From the NCBI RefSeq assembly GCF_039654945.1, contig NW_027361881.1, forward strand, positions 10,540,001-10,604,000: a stretch of 64,000 nt of DNA. The letters are read 5' to 3'. The stretch is from Dendrobates tinctorius. Taxonomy: Eukaryota. The translations under genes and the position numbers were made by a program. Below are positions 1 to 11,164 of this stretch, piece by piece (within the stretch, counting starts at the first letter, position 1; each line of letters starts with the position of its first letter). The notes below the pieces were generated by a model. That model searched no databases, was not told the DNA's origin, and was given only the letters and a program-made list of their open reading frames with translations.

Positions 1-3000
1 ATTATACTCCAGAGCTGCACTCACTATTCTGCTGGTGCAGTCACTGTGTACATACATTACATTATTGATCCTGAGTTACCTCCTGTATTATACCCCAGAG
101 CTGCACTCACTATTCTGCTGGTGCAGTCACTGTGTACATACATTACATTACTGATCCTGAGTTACATCCTGTAATTTACCCAAGAGTTGCATTCACTATT
201 CTGCTGGTGCAGTCACTGTGTACATACATTACTGATCCTGAGTTACATCTTGTATTATACTCCAGAGCTGCACTCACTATTCTGCTGGTGCAGTCACTGT
301 GTACATACATTACTGATCCTGAGTTACATCCTGTATTATACCCCAGAGCTGCACTCACTATTCTGCTGGTGCAGTCACTGTGTACATACATTACATTACT
401 GATCCTGAGTTACATCCTGTATTATACTCCAGAGCTGCACTCACTATTCTGCTGGTGAAGTCACTGTGTACATACATTACTGATCCCGAGTTACATCCTG
501 TATTATACCCCAGAGCTGCACTCACTATTCTGCTGGTGCAGTCACTGTGTACATACATTACAGATCCTGAGTTACATCCTGTATTATACTCCAGAGCTGC
601 ACTCACTATTCTGCTGGTGCAGTCACTGTGTGCATACATTACTGATCCTGAGTTACATCCAGTATTATACTCCAGAGCTGCACTCACTATTCTGCTGGTG
701 CAGTCACTGTGTGCATACATTACATTACTGATCCTGAGTTACATCCTGTATTATACTCCAGAGCTGCACTCACTATTCTGCTGGTGCAGTCACTGTATAC
801 ATACATTACATTACTGATCCTGAGTTACATCCAGTATTATACTCCAGAGCTGCACTCACTATTCTGCTGGTGCAGTCACTGTGTACATACATTACATTAC
901 TGATCCTGAGTTACATCCTGTATTATACTCCAGAGCTGCACTCACTATTCTGCTGGTGCAGTCATTGTGTACATACATTACTGATCCTGAGTTACATCCT
1001 GTATTATACCCCAGAGCTGCACTCACTATTCTGCTGGTGCAGTCACTGTGAACATACATTACATTACTGATCCTGAGTTACATCCTGTATTATACCCCAG
1101 AGCTGCACTCACTATTCTGCTGGTGCAGTCACTGTGTACATACATTACTGATCCTGAGTTACATCCTGTATTATACTCCAGAGCTGCACTCACTATTCTG
1201 CTGGTGCAGTCACTGTGTACATACATTACATTATTGATCCTGAGTTACATCCTGTATTATACCCCAGAGCTGCACTCACTATTCTGCTAGTGCAGTCACT
1301 GTGTACATACATTACTGATCCTGAGTTTCCTCCTGTATTATACCCCAGAGCTGCACTCACTATTCTGCTGGTGCAGTCACTGTGTACATACATTACTGAT
1401 CCTGAGTTACATCCTTTATTATACCCCAGAGCTGCACTCACTATTCTGCTGGTGCAGTCACTGTGTACATACATTACTGATCCTGAGTTACATCCTGTAT
1501 TATACCCCAGAGCTGCACTCACTATTCTGCTGGTGCAGTCACTGTGTACATACATTACATTATTGATCCTGAGTTACATCCTGTATTATACCCCAGAGCT
1601 GCACTCACTATTCTGCTGGTGCAGTAACTGTGTACATACATTACATTAATGATCCTGAGTTACATCCTGTACTATACTCCAGGGCTGCACTCACTATTCT
1701 GCTGGTGCAGTCACTGTGTACATACATCACATTACTGATCCTGAGTTACCTCCTGTATTATACTCCAGAGCTGCACTCACTATTCTGCTGGTGCAGTCAC
1801 TGTGTACATACATTACTGATCCTGAGTTACATTCTGTATTATACTCCAGAGTTGCACTCACTATTCTGCTGGTGCAGTCACTGTGTACATACATTACTGA
1901 TCCTGAGTTACCTCCTGTATTATACCCCAGAGCTGCACTCACTATTCTGCTGGTGCAGTCACTGTGTACATACATTACATTACTGATCCTGAGTTACCTC
2001 CTGTATTATACCCCAGAGCTGCACTTACTATTCTGCTGGTGCAGTCACTGTGTACATACATTACTGATCCTGAGTTACATCCTGTATTATACCCCAGAGC
2101 TGCACTCACTATTCTGCTGGTGTAGTCACTGTGTACATACATTACATTACTGATCCTGAGTTACATCCTGTATTATACTCCAGAGCTGCACTCACTATTC
2201 TGCTGGTGCAGTCACTGTGTACATACATTACTGATCCTGAGTTACATCCTGTATTATACTCCAGAGCTGCACTCACTACTCTGCTGGTGCAGTCACTGTG
2301 TACATACATTACATTACTGATCCTGAGTTACATCCTGTATTATACTCCAGAGCTGCACTCACTATTCTGCTGGTGCAGTCACTGTGTACATACATTACTG
2401 ATCCTGAGTTACATCCTGTATTATACCCCAGAGCTGCACTCACTATTCTGCTGGTGCAGTCACTGTGTACATACATTACATTACTGATCCTGAGTTACAT
2501 CCTGTATTATACCCAAGAGCTGCACTCACTATTCTGCTGGTGTAGTCACTGTGTACATACATTACATTACTGATCCTGAGTTACATCCTGTATTATACTC
2601 CAGAGCTGCACTCACTATTCTGCTGGTGCAGTCACTGTGTACATACATTACTGATCCTGAGTTACATCCTGTATTATACTCCAGAGCTGCACTCACTACT
2701 CTGCTGGTGCAGTCACTGTGTACATACATTACATTACTGATCCTGAGTTACATCCTGTATTATACTCCAGAGCTGCACTCACTATTCTGCTGGTGCAGTC
2801 ACTGTGTACATACATTACTGATCCTGAGTTACATCCTGTATTATACCCCAGAGCTGCACTCACTATTCTGCTGGTGCAGTCACTGTGTACATACATTACA
2901 TTACTGATCCTGAGTTACATCCTGTATTATACCCAAGAGCTGCACTCACTATTCTGCTGGTGCAGTCACTGTGTACATACATTACATTACTGATCCTGAG

Positions 3001-3003
3001 TTA
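1..3003. repeat. 81/86-bp tandem satellite, array 1 left part (runs off the window edge)
   Basis: Monomer TGATCCTGAGTTACATCCTGTATTATAC(T/C)CCAGAGCTGCACTCACTATTCTGCTGGTGCAGTCACTGTGTACATACATTAC, with or without an extra 5-bp ATTAC. Interrupted mid-monomer at ...CCTGAGTTA (3003) by the Harbinger element. Confidence 0.98.
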
Positions 3004-3376
3004 GGCTGGTTTCACATTTGCGTTTTTTAGCGCTGGAAAAAAACGCATACGTGCGCATGCGATTTTTCCCCTATATTTAACATGGGTGCGCATACCTGCG
3101 CGCTTGTAAGCGCATGTATGCGATTTTCATGCGCTGCGTTTTTTTGGGGTGTGCGTTGGTATTTTCCAGACGCTGCATGTTGCATTTTTTGGCCCTTGAA
3201 AAAATCGCATGCGCACGTATGCGCACGTTTTGCGCTAAAAATGGCCATTATAGCCTATGGATGCGCATACGTGCGCACTGGCATGCGCAGGTATGCGATT
3301 TTTTAGCGCTGCGTTTTTTGGGTGGTGTCCACTTTTTATCCTAGTTAGAATCTTCTAAAGTCAAAAAAAAAAAGTC

Positions 3377-3384
3377 TATATAAA
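3377..3384 (+). promoter_or_regulatory. TATA box of the Harbinger MADF gene
   Basis: TATATAAA just inside the left subterminal region. Followed by a probable non-coding exon (donor GTGAGT near 3474) and an acceptor at 3548, just before ATG 3550. Confidence 0.6.
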
Positions 3385-3549
3385 GGAGGTGCCTGCCAAA
3401 ACTCTGCCACTACTACACTAGACAGATTGAAGAGCAGACATTCAACCAAGAACCCATTATATCAGCAAAGAATGTGAGTATATTACATTATATGCCTGTC
3501 CTTTTAAATTATGTATGTACTAATGATTTTTATTATTTTTACATGCAGT

Positions 3550-6500
3550 ATGTCTTCAGAATCTGAGTATTCCCCATCGCGGCAGGAATTGGCGCAAGCA
3601 GACCGTGAGGTGATTATTTTCGTGCATCTGGTAAGTATATCTGCTGCTTCTCCAAATCTCTTACGTTTTTTTCAACTTTCAGACATCGTCATCATCATCT
3701 GTGGACGGGAATAGTGAGGGCGAAGAGCAGGAGCAGCGAAGCCAAGTCCCGGTGGTGATACGGAATGTAAGTATCAAATGATTTGTAATGTTCTTTATTT
3801 TTTTTTTATCTTCTATTTTTACTCTTTTTTTTGTTTCTTTTTTTGTAACTTTTTAGTCAATTTAAATTTGATTATTCTAATGAATGTGTTTTGTCTAGGT
3901 TCCACAACGGGATGAAGACGTCTACCTGGATAATGAGCAGCTCATCAGCCTGGTCCAGGAGCGTTCGCCGTTGTGGGACAGCCGTGACCGGCTGTACAAG
4001 GACAATGTGGTGACCCGGCGGCTATGGAATGAGGTGGCCGCAGCGTTGATGGATGGCTGGGACAGCGCCACAGCATCCGCCAAAAAGGCGTTTAGTGAGT
4101 ATTTCCCTGCTCTGTATTGTGCCGCAGTGACTGTTGTCCTTGACGGCACTGTTGGGTTTCGTGCTAGGCGTATTCTAGCAGGAAACCCAACAGTGTCATC
4201 GGGGTCTACAGTGACTGCTTTGAGTATTGTATTGCTACATTGTGCCGCAGTGACTGTTGTCCTTGACGGCACTGTTGGGTTTCGTGCTAGGCGTATTCTA
4301 GCAGGAAACCCAACAGTGTCATCGTGGTCTACAGTGACTGCTTTGAGTATTGTATTGCTACATTGTGACGCAGTGACTGTTGTCCTTGACGGCACTGTTG
4401 GGTTTCGTGCTAGGTGTATTCGAGCAGGAAACCCAACAGTGTCATCGTGGTCTACAGTGACTGCTTTGAGTATTGTATTGCTACATTGTGACGCAGTGAC
4501 TGTTGTCCTTGACGGCACTGTTGGGTTTCGTGCTAGGTATATTCTAGCAGGAAACCCAACAGTGTCATCGTGGTCTACAGTGACTGCTTTGAGTATTGTA
4601 TTGCTACATTGTGACGCAGTGACTGTTGTCCTTGACGGCACTGTTGGGTTTCGTGCTAGGTGTATTCGAGCAGGAAACCCAACAGTGTCATCGGGGTCTA
4701 CAGTGACTGCTTTGAGTATTGTATTGCTACATTGTGCCGCAGTGACTGTTGTCCTTGACGGCACTGTTGGGTTTCGTGCTAGGTGTATTCGAGCAGGAAA
4801 CCCAACAGTGTCATCGGGGTCTACAGTGACTGCTTTGAGTATTGTATTGCTACATTGTGCCGCAGTGACTGTTGTCCTTGACGGCACTGTTGGGTTTCGT
4901 GCTAGGTGTATTCTAGCAGGAAACCCAACAGTGTCATCGGGGTCTACAGTGACTGCTTTGAGTATTGTATTGCTACATTGTGCCGCAGTGACTGTTGTCC
5001 TTGACGGCACTGTTGGGTTTCGTGCTAGGTGTATTCGAGCAGGAAACCCAACAGTGTCATCGGGGTCTACAGTGACTGCTTTGAGTATTGTATTGCTACA
5101 TTGTGCCGCAGTGACTGTTGTCCTTGACGGCACTGTTGGGTTTCGTGCTAGGCGTATTCTAGCAGGAAACCCAACAGTGTAATCGGGGTCTACAGTGACT
5201 GCTTTGAGTATTGTATTGCTACATTGTGCCGCAGTGACTGTTGTCCTTGACGGCACTGTTGGGTTTCTTGCTAGGTGTATTCGAGCAGGAAACCCAACAG
5301 TGTCATCGGGGTCTACAGTGACTGCTTTGAGTATTGTATTGCTACATTGTGCCGCAGTGACTGTTGTCCTTGACGGCACTGTTGGGTTTCGTGCTAGGCG
5401 TATTCTAGCAGGAAACCCAACAGTGTCATCGTGGTCTACAGTGACTGCTTTGAGTATTGTATTGCTACATTGTGACGCAGTGACTGTTGTCCTTGACGGC
5501 ACTGTTGGGTTTCGTGCTAGGCGTATTCTAGCAGGAAACCCAACAGTGTCATCGGGGTCTACAGTGACTGCTTTGAGTATTGTATTGCTACATTGTGACG
5601 CAGTGACTGTTGTCCTTGACGGCACTGTTTTTTTTTATCAACAGTGGACAAAGTCCGAACACGTTGGCGTTCGATCAAGGACCGCTTCAACAGTGATGTT
5701 CGTGCTGAGGGCCAGGTTCGCAGTGGATCTGCGTCAAGGACCAGAACTAGATACCGTCACTATCACGCGTTGCAGTTCCTAAGACCGGTCCTTGCCACAA
5801 GATCGTAAGTATTATACATTTTGGGTTTTTATTTTTATTAATCTGTGTTTTTCTAATCCACAGCTGATGCTTCTTGTAAAGGCATGGTAGTAATGATTTT
5901 CCTTTCTTCCACAGCACCTGGAGCAGCACCCTGCAACCTGGCCCTGGAGCGGTCCTTCCTCGGACGTCCTCTGACCCGTCCCAGCCATCCGACAGCCAGG
6001 AAGCACCTTGCAGGTCCCACACACACACAGCTGGTGACCAGGAAGCTGGGCCATCAGGTGTTCCCCTGTCCCAGGTCTCTGCCACTGGTTATGCGGGCAC
6101 TACCCGCCAGCGGCAGAGGGCCTTGGACAGGAATGTCTTGCCCGAGTTTATGCATTTGAGCGAGACATTTAATTCCAGCCTCAAGTCACTGTCCGACAGA
6201 GTTGAAAGCGGTTTTGCACTGATGGAACGTGGTTTTAACCACTTTGAACACCGCTTCAATTCTGTAGAACAGCGCCTTGACCGTCTGGAGGCCGACCTCA
6301 ACAGACCAGCACACCATTTTTTTAGTAAGATTGAAAAGGGCATGGCGGAACACCTTAGTCCTGATCAACAGCTGAATGTGCTGCAGGCCTGCAACAATGC
6401 TTTCTTGCAGGCTATGCAGCATAATCGGTACGGTCAGCAGTCAGTGGTGTCCTTTCCACCTGTGCCACCATTGACTCGCTTCACCTCACTACCGACTTGT

Positions 6501-7274
6501 GCTGCATACCACTGCACGGACACCTCTCTTCAAAGCCAGGACACCCACCGTTACACCACCACAAGTCTGAGTGCAGCTGGTCACTTCACCGACACCACCA
6601 TGGCAAGCGCTGCTCCTGTCTGGAGCACCACCGCCAATCCCATGCATGCGTGGAGCTCAGCCACCACTAGGCAAACATGGAACAGCCCTGCCGCTACAAC
6701 AACATGTAGTAGCCCTGCCACCACCACTCTGCAAACCTGGACCATCACTGCCGCCACCAGTCCTCCTGCAAGGACGAGCACTGACAACGAAGAGCAGCAG
6801 CAGCCACCTCAGCAGCAGCAGCCACCTCAGCAGCAGCCACCTCAGCAGCAGCCGCCACCTCAGCAGCAGCAGCAACCACCTCAGCAGCAGCCGCCACCTC
6901 AGCAGCAGCCGCCACCTCAGCAGCAGCCGCCACCTCAGCAGCAGCCGCCACCTCAGCAGCAGCAGCCATACCAGCAGACGGGGGACCTGCATTCCATATT
7001 TGCCCCTAGTTCAAGGCGAAATCAATCAAGGCGGGCATTGGGCCAAAGTCGGTCCAGGCACACAAGCCTACGGCGACATGCCATTACAACTAATGTACCT
7101 GAACAGATTTCCTCTCCTACAAGTGTTCCTACTTTAATTCCCTTAACTGGACTACCTTCCCCCACAAGTTTTGTTGCCCCTTCCCCTCAAACACCGTCTT
7201 CAACTGCAAGTGTTGCATATTCCCTGCACACCCCCAAATTGAAACCATCTGCCCCCAAACGCCGTAAAAAATAA
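3550..7274 (+). CDS. Harbinger accessory DNA-binding protein (MADF/Myb-SANT-like domain, coiled coil, BESS-like motif, Gln/Pro repeat), about 619 aa
   Basis: Exons 3550-3609, 3683-3766, 3899-4094, 5645-5804, 5915-7274 (1860 nt, all GT-AG, phases compatible). MADF signature LISLVQERSPLWD...RRLWNEV...VRTRWRSIKDRF...SGS...YHALQFLRP. C-terminal PKRRKK. AATAAA at 7301. The first donor (3610 vs 3631) is uncertain. Confidence 0.88.
4118..5629. repeat. 123-bp hairpin-unit minisatellite (12 full copies plus a partial one) filling an intron of the MADF gene
   Basis: Units start at 4118, 4241, 4364 ... 5594. Each contains an imperfect 44-bp inverted repeat around a 7-nt loop. Confidence 0.97.
6791..6975 (+). 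repeat. Coding CAG/CCR repeat giving (QQQPP/QQQPPP)n
   Basis: Tandem CAGCAGCAGCC(G)CCACCT units in frame within the last MADF exon. Confidence 0.9.
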
Positions 7275-7405
7275 TTTTTAGTTTTATTTTTGTGATAAAA
7301 AATAAATTTACATTTGTGGTTCACCATTAATAAGTTTCATTAATGTTGTTTGCGCCGCTCACACACACTGATGGGTAAATACATGTTAAAAACAAACCCA
7401 AGGGC

Positions 7406-7955
7406 TAGTATAGTCATATGTGAAATACCACGGCCTAGTATAGTCATTCCAAGGCCTACTGTAATAACTCTATTTTTACCAACTAGAATCTGGTTTCATG
7501 AAAAACAAACTGTTGAAACTTGTCTTAAAAATAAGTTTCTTTCTAGTTTCACCAGTTTGTTTTTTGTGAAACAAGATGCTAGTTGTTAAAAATCGAGTTA
7601 TTACAGTAGGCCTTGGTATGACTATACTAGGCCGTGGTATTTCACATATTACTATACTACTAGCCCCAAGGCCTACTATACTCATATTTGAAATACCACG
7701 GACTAGTATAGTCATTACAAGGCCTAGTGTAATAACTCTAGTTTTACCAACTAGAATCTATTTTCAAACTGTTGAAACTTGTCAAGTTTTGTGAAACAAG
7801 ATACTAGTTTGCCAAAATCGAGTAGGCCTTGTGGCCTTGTTATGACTATACTAGGCCGTGGTATTTCACATATGAATATACTAGTAGGCACAAGGCCTAA
7901 TATACTCATATTTGAAATACCACGGCCTAGTATAGTCATTCCAAGGCCTAGTGTA
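7406..7955. repeat. Tandem array of long palindromic units between the two Harbinger genes
   Basis: TAGTATAGTCATATGTGAAATACCACGGCCTAGTATAGTCATTCCAAGGCC at ~7406 recurs inverted at ~7608-7659, direct at ~7675, inverted at ~7835-7880 and direct at ~7900. Confidence 0.9.
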
Positions 7956-8291
7956 ACTTACTTGTATTCCCCATGGACTTTCATTGGGGTTGGGTTTTGA
8001 GGGTTGTGTTTTGAGAAAATCACATACTTTGTTTTAAACTAGTTGCACAATTTTCGATTGAAAAAAAAATGGTTTCCTGATTCATGGCCTGCAGCTTTGC
8101 TCATTCCAATATATTTCACGCAGACTAGCAATGCTGCATTTTAACTCGTATGTGTATTTACCTGCCCAGGTGTGTGAACATAAAAAAATTCAGTTATACA
8201 TGGGAAGTTTTTTAATTAATTGGAGTTTAAAAAATATAGTGCACTCAGTAATGGTATCAAATAAGGATTTTTATTACCATAAACAACAACA

Positions 8292-9680
8292 TTACACCAT
8301 TTCATCTTGCCAGTGCACCCGTCCTACATCAGAAATAAAGTAGGCCGCAAATTGGTCCCTCATTTGGCCAACTTCAACGGATGACCTGAGAGTGTGCTGA
8401 GTGAATTCAGGCAATGGGTTAGGAGCATCATCGTCCAGTTCAAAGGTCGGGTGCTCTTTAGCCATCACAAAGTTATGTAGAACCACACAGGCCTTCACCA
8501 CCTCATCGACTGTTTCAAGTTTAAGATTAATGGCCGTGCCCAGAATTCGCCATCTGGAAACAAGAATCCCAAAAGCACACTCGACAGTTCTTCTGGCCCT
8601 GGTCAGCCTGTAATTAAATATTTTTTTGGTGTGGTCCAAGTCCCGGCTGGAGTAGGGTTTCAGTAAGTTTCCGCACATTTGAAAAGCCTCATCGCCAACC
8701 ATTACAAAGGGCAGTGGCGGAGCTTCGGTGTGAGGAAGAGGCCGTGGCATAGGGAAATTAAATTGGTTGCCATACAACCTCCGGCCCATGTCTGAGTTTT
8801 TAAAAGCCTGCGAGTCATTACCACGGCCAAATGCTCCAATGTCCACTGCTACAAACATACATCCGGCATCCGCAATCGCAATGAGTACTATTGAAAAGTA
8901 CTTTTTGTAATTATAGTACTCAGATCCCGTTCTTTGGGGTTTGATGATCCGTATGTGTTTCCCATCAACAGCTCCCAAACAGTTGGGAAAATTGCATACT
9001 GTCCAGAATTTGTCAGCAATTTCCATCCACTTTTCAGCGGTGGGCAGGGGCATAAATTCTGGGCAAAGAACATTCCAGAGAGCCCGGCAGGTGTCAGCAA
9101 CAATTCCAGACAAGGTAGAGATTCCAATACGGTACTGGAAGTGTAGTGAGGATAGGGTTTCTCCAGTCGCCAGGAATCTGTGAACAGACAAAGAAGTAAA
9201 ATTAATATTTATGTATATTATTTTTAAAAACTATAAAATAAGATATTAGTACATTCACAAAAACTAATTACCCAAGGTTTTGAATACTAAATTTCCAAAA
9301 AAAAACATCAGACCACACCCCTTTGTTTTTAAAACATACCGTAATGTCACCAGTAGCCGTTCCTCAGGAGGAATCGCACGACGGAGCTGTGTGTCCTGTC
9401 TCCGGATGGATTGTTGGACACGAGCAAGCAAATCCATGAAACTTTCGTGGGACATCCGGATATAATCATTAAATTTCTCCGGGTTTGCACGTAGCTCGCT
9501 GTAGAGGGTGTGGTATGCCCCACGGCTCTCCCGGAGTTCAACAATCGGATGTATCCACATACGCCGCCGTCTTCGCTGCCTCTCTCTCTTCCTTTGTTCA
9601 TGGCAAGCAACTGCATACGCCTGAGCCATCGCGATGTCCAAATCCAAGTTGAAGTGAAAACTCTTCCAGCGCAGATCCAT
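8292..9680 (-). CDS. Harbinger DDE transposase (HARBI1/ALP1-like, DDE_Tnp_4 family), 408 aa
   Basis: Exon 1 9680-9340 (MDLRWK...WIHP...AIPPEERLLVTLR), intron 9339-9178 (GT-AG, phase 2), exon 2 9177-8292 (FLATGE...). Catalytic motifs GAVDGKHIRI, VGDEAF and RRTVECAFGIL are intact. AATAAA on the minus strand near 8270. Confidence 0.95.
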
Positions 9681-10009
9681 GGTCACGAGAAGAATCAAGC
9701 AAATGTGAAGAATACTGTAGACAAGGTCTATATATTAACATACCACACCCACAATGAAGTCCCATTGGTCTTGTGTGTTGTTGAATGGTTGTATTTTCTT
9801 TTTTGTGGGGTTTTTCCAAAATCTGTAAAAAAACGCAAACGCACAAAAAACGCATACAAACGCGCAAAAACGCTGCGTTTTTTTCCTGCATGCGCATTAA
9901 AATGCTGGAAAAAAACGCAGCGTTTGTATGCATTTGTATGCGTTTTTTTAATGCGTTTTTTTGCGGGAAAAACGCGCTGCAAAAAAAAGCAAGTGTGAAA
10001 CTAGCCTAA

Positions 10010-10540
10010 CATCCTGTATTATACTCCAGAGCTGCACTCACTGTTCTGCTGGTGCAGTCACTGTGTACATACATTACTGATCCTGAGTTACATCCTGTAT
10101 TATACCCCAGAGCTGCACTCACTATTCTGCTGGTGCAGTCACTGTGTACATACATTACTGATCCTGAGTTACATCTTGTATTATACTCTAGAGCTGCACT
10201 CACTATTCTGCTGGTGCAGTCACTGTGTACATACATTACTGATCCTGAGTTACATCCTGTATTATACTCCAGAGCTGCACTCACTATTCTGCTGGTGTAG
10301 TCACTGTGTACATACATTACATTACTGATCCTGAGTTACATCCTGTATTTTACTCCAGAGCTGTACTCACTATTCTGCTGGTGCAGTCACTGTGTACATA
10401 CATTACTGATCCTGAGTTACATCCTGTATTATACCCCAGAGCTGCACTCACTATTCTGCTGGTGCAGTCACTGTGTACATACATTATTGATCCCGAGTTA
10501 CATCCTGTATTATACTCCAGAGCTGCACTCACTATTCTGC
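10010..10540. repeat. 81/86-bp satellite, array 1 right part
   Basis: Same monomer, resuming in register after the transposon and ending at ...ACTATTCTGC. Confidence 0.97.
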
Positions 10541-10649
10541 AGTACAGCCCTGCGTCCTCTAGTGAATCATATTTTCTGTAGGAATTTGTGGTACATCTCC
10601 GCGCTGCTGCAAGGATATATTCCAAGAGATTGCAAAGGATTCTCAGTGG

Positions 10650-10692
10650 TTTATTCAGCACGTTTCGGGGTTGCTCTGCCCTTCATCAGGCG
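10650..10692 (-). other. Degenerate minimal hammerhead-ribozyme motif, probably a Penelope-like retroelement terminal-repeat relic
   Basis: Minus strand reads CCTGATGA-AGGG-cagagcaa-CCCC-GAAAC-GTGCTG-AATAAA: both core boxes and a short stem II are present, but the cleavage triplet and stem III are degenerate. Confidence 0.5.
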
Positions 10693-11164
10693 ACCACACA
10701 TCATATGCAGACATTATATGGTATAAATACACGCTGCATCTCAAAAGACGGCGCCAATGGATCAGATGACGTGATGTCAAAGTTCATTGATGTCACAGGG
10801 TTAATAAATCCAGATCAGTGGCAGCAAGAGAATATATTTAAGATAAATACTTATCATTGATTCCTTACTTAGCAAATTAAAAAGTAAAGAAAAAAAAAAA
10901 AAAGGGTAATCCTGACTTTCTCCGAAGGCAGAGAACCCGCGAAAAGGAGCATTCAGGCTTGTAAGGCGGCGGCGGCATTACACCAAGACCAGCAAGAGGC
11001 TGACGGGAACAGAGATAATATACAGAAGGAAAAGCGGGATTCATGGATGAGAGATCACAATCTGGACTGAAGGGTTCGATGTGGAGCTGATCATCTATAA
11101 TGGATCTAGAAAATATCAAGAAAACATGAAAACTGAGGGAATTTCAGTGCATTGGAGCAGTGGA

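Larger units (their letters stand above)
3004..10006. mobile_element. Autonomous-type PIF/Harbinger DNA transposon, 7003 bp
   Basis: 18-bp TIRs with 2 mismatches: left GGCTGGTTTCACATTTGC, right (revcomp) GGCTAGTTTCACACTTGC. Flanked by TWA trinucleotides (TTA 3001-3003, TAA 10007-10009). The satellite resumes in exact register (CATCCTGTATT) at 10010. Contains a DDE transposase and a MADF gene, plus subterminal AAAACGCA/TGCGTTTT repeats. Confidence 0.96.

Noticed and set aside
3922-5782. 567-aa (-), 403-aa and 195-aa (+) ORFs of 41-aa repeats
   Set aside because: A consequence of a 3n, stop-free repeat unit in an intron. The MADF domain is only complete if this region is spliced out, one unit has a TCA>TAA stop, and read-through does not rejoin the next exon's frame.
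8292-9680. Domesticated HARBI1 host gene
   Set aside because: It lies between TIRs with TWA flanks inside an interrupted satellite monomer and is paired with a MADF gene, so it is a transposon copy.
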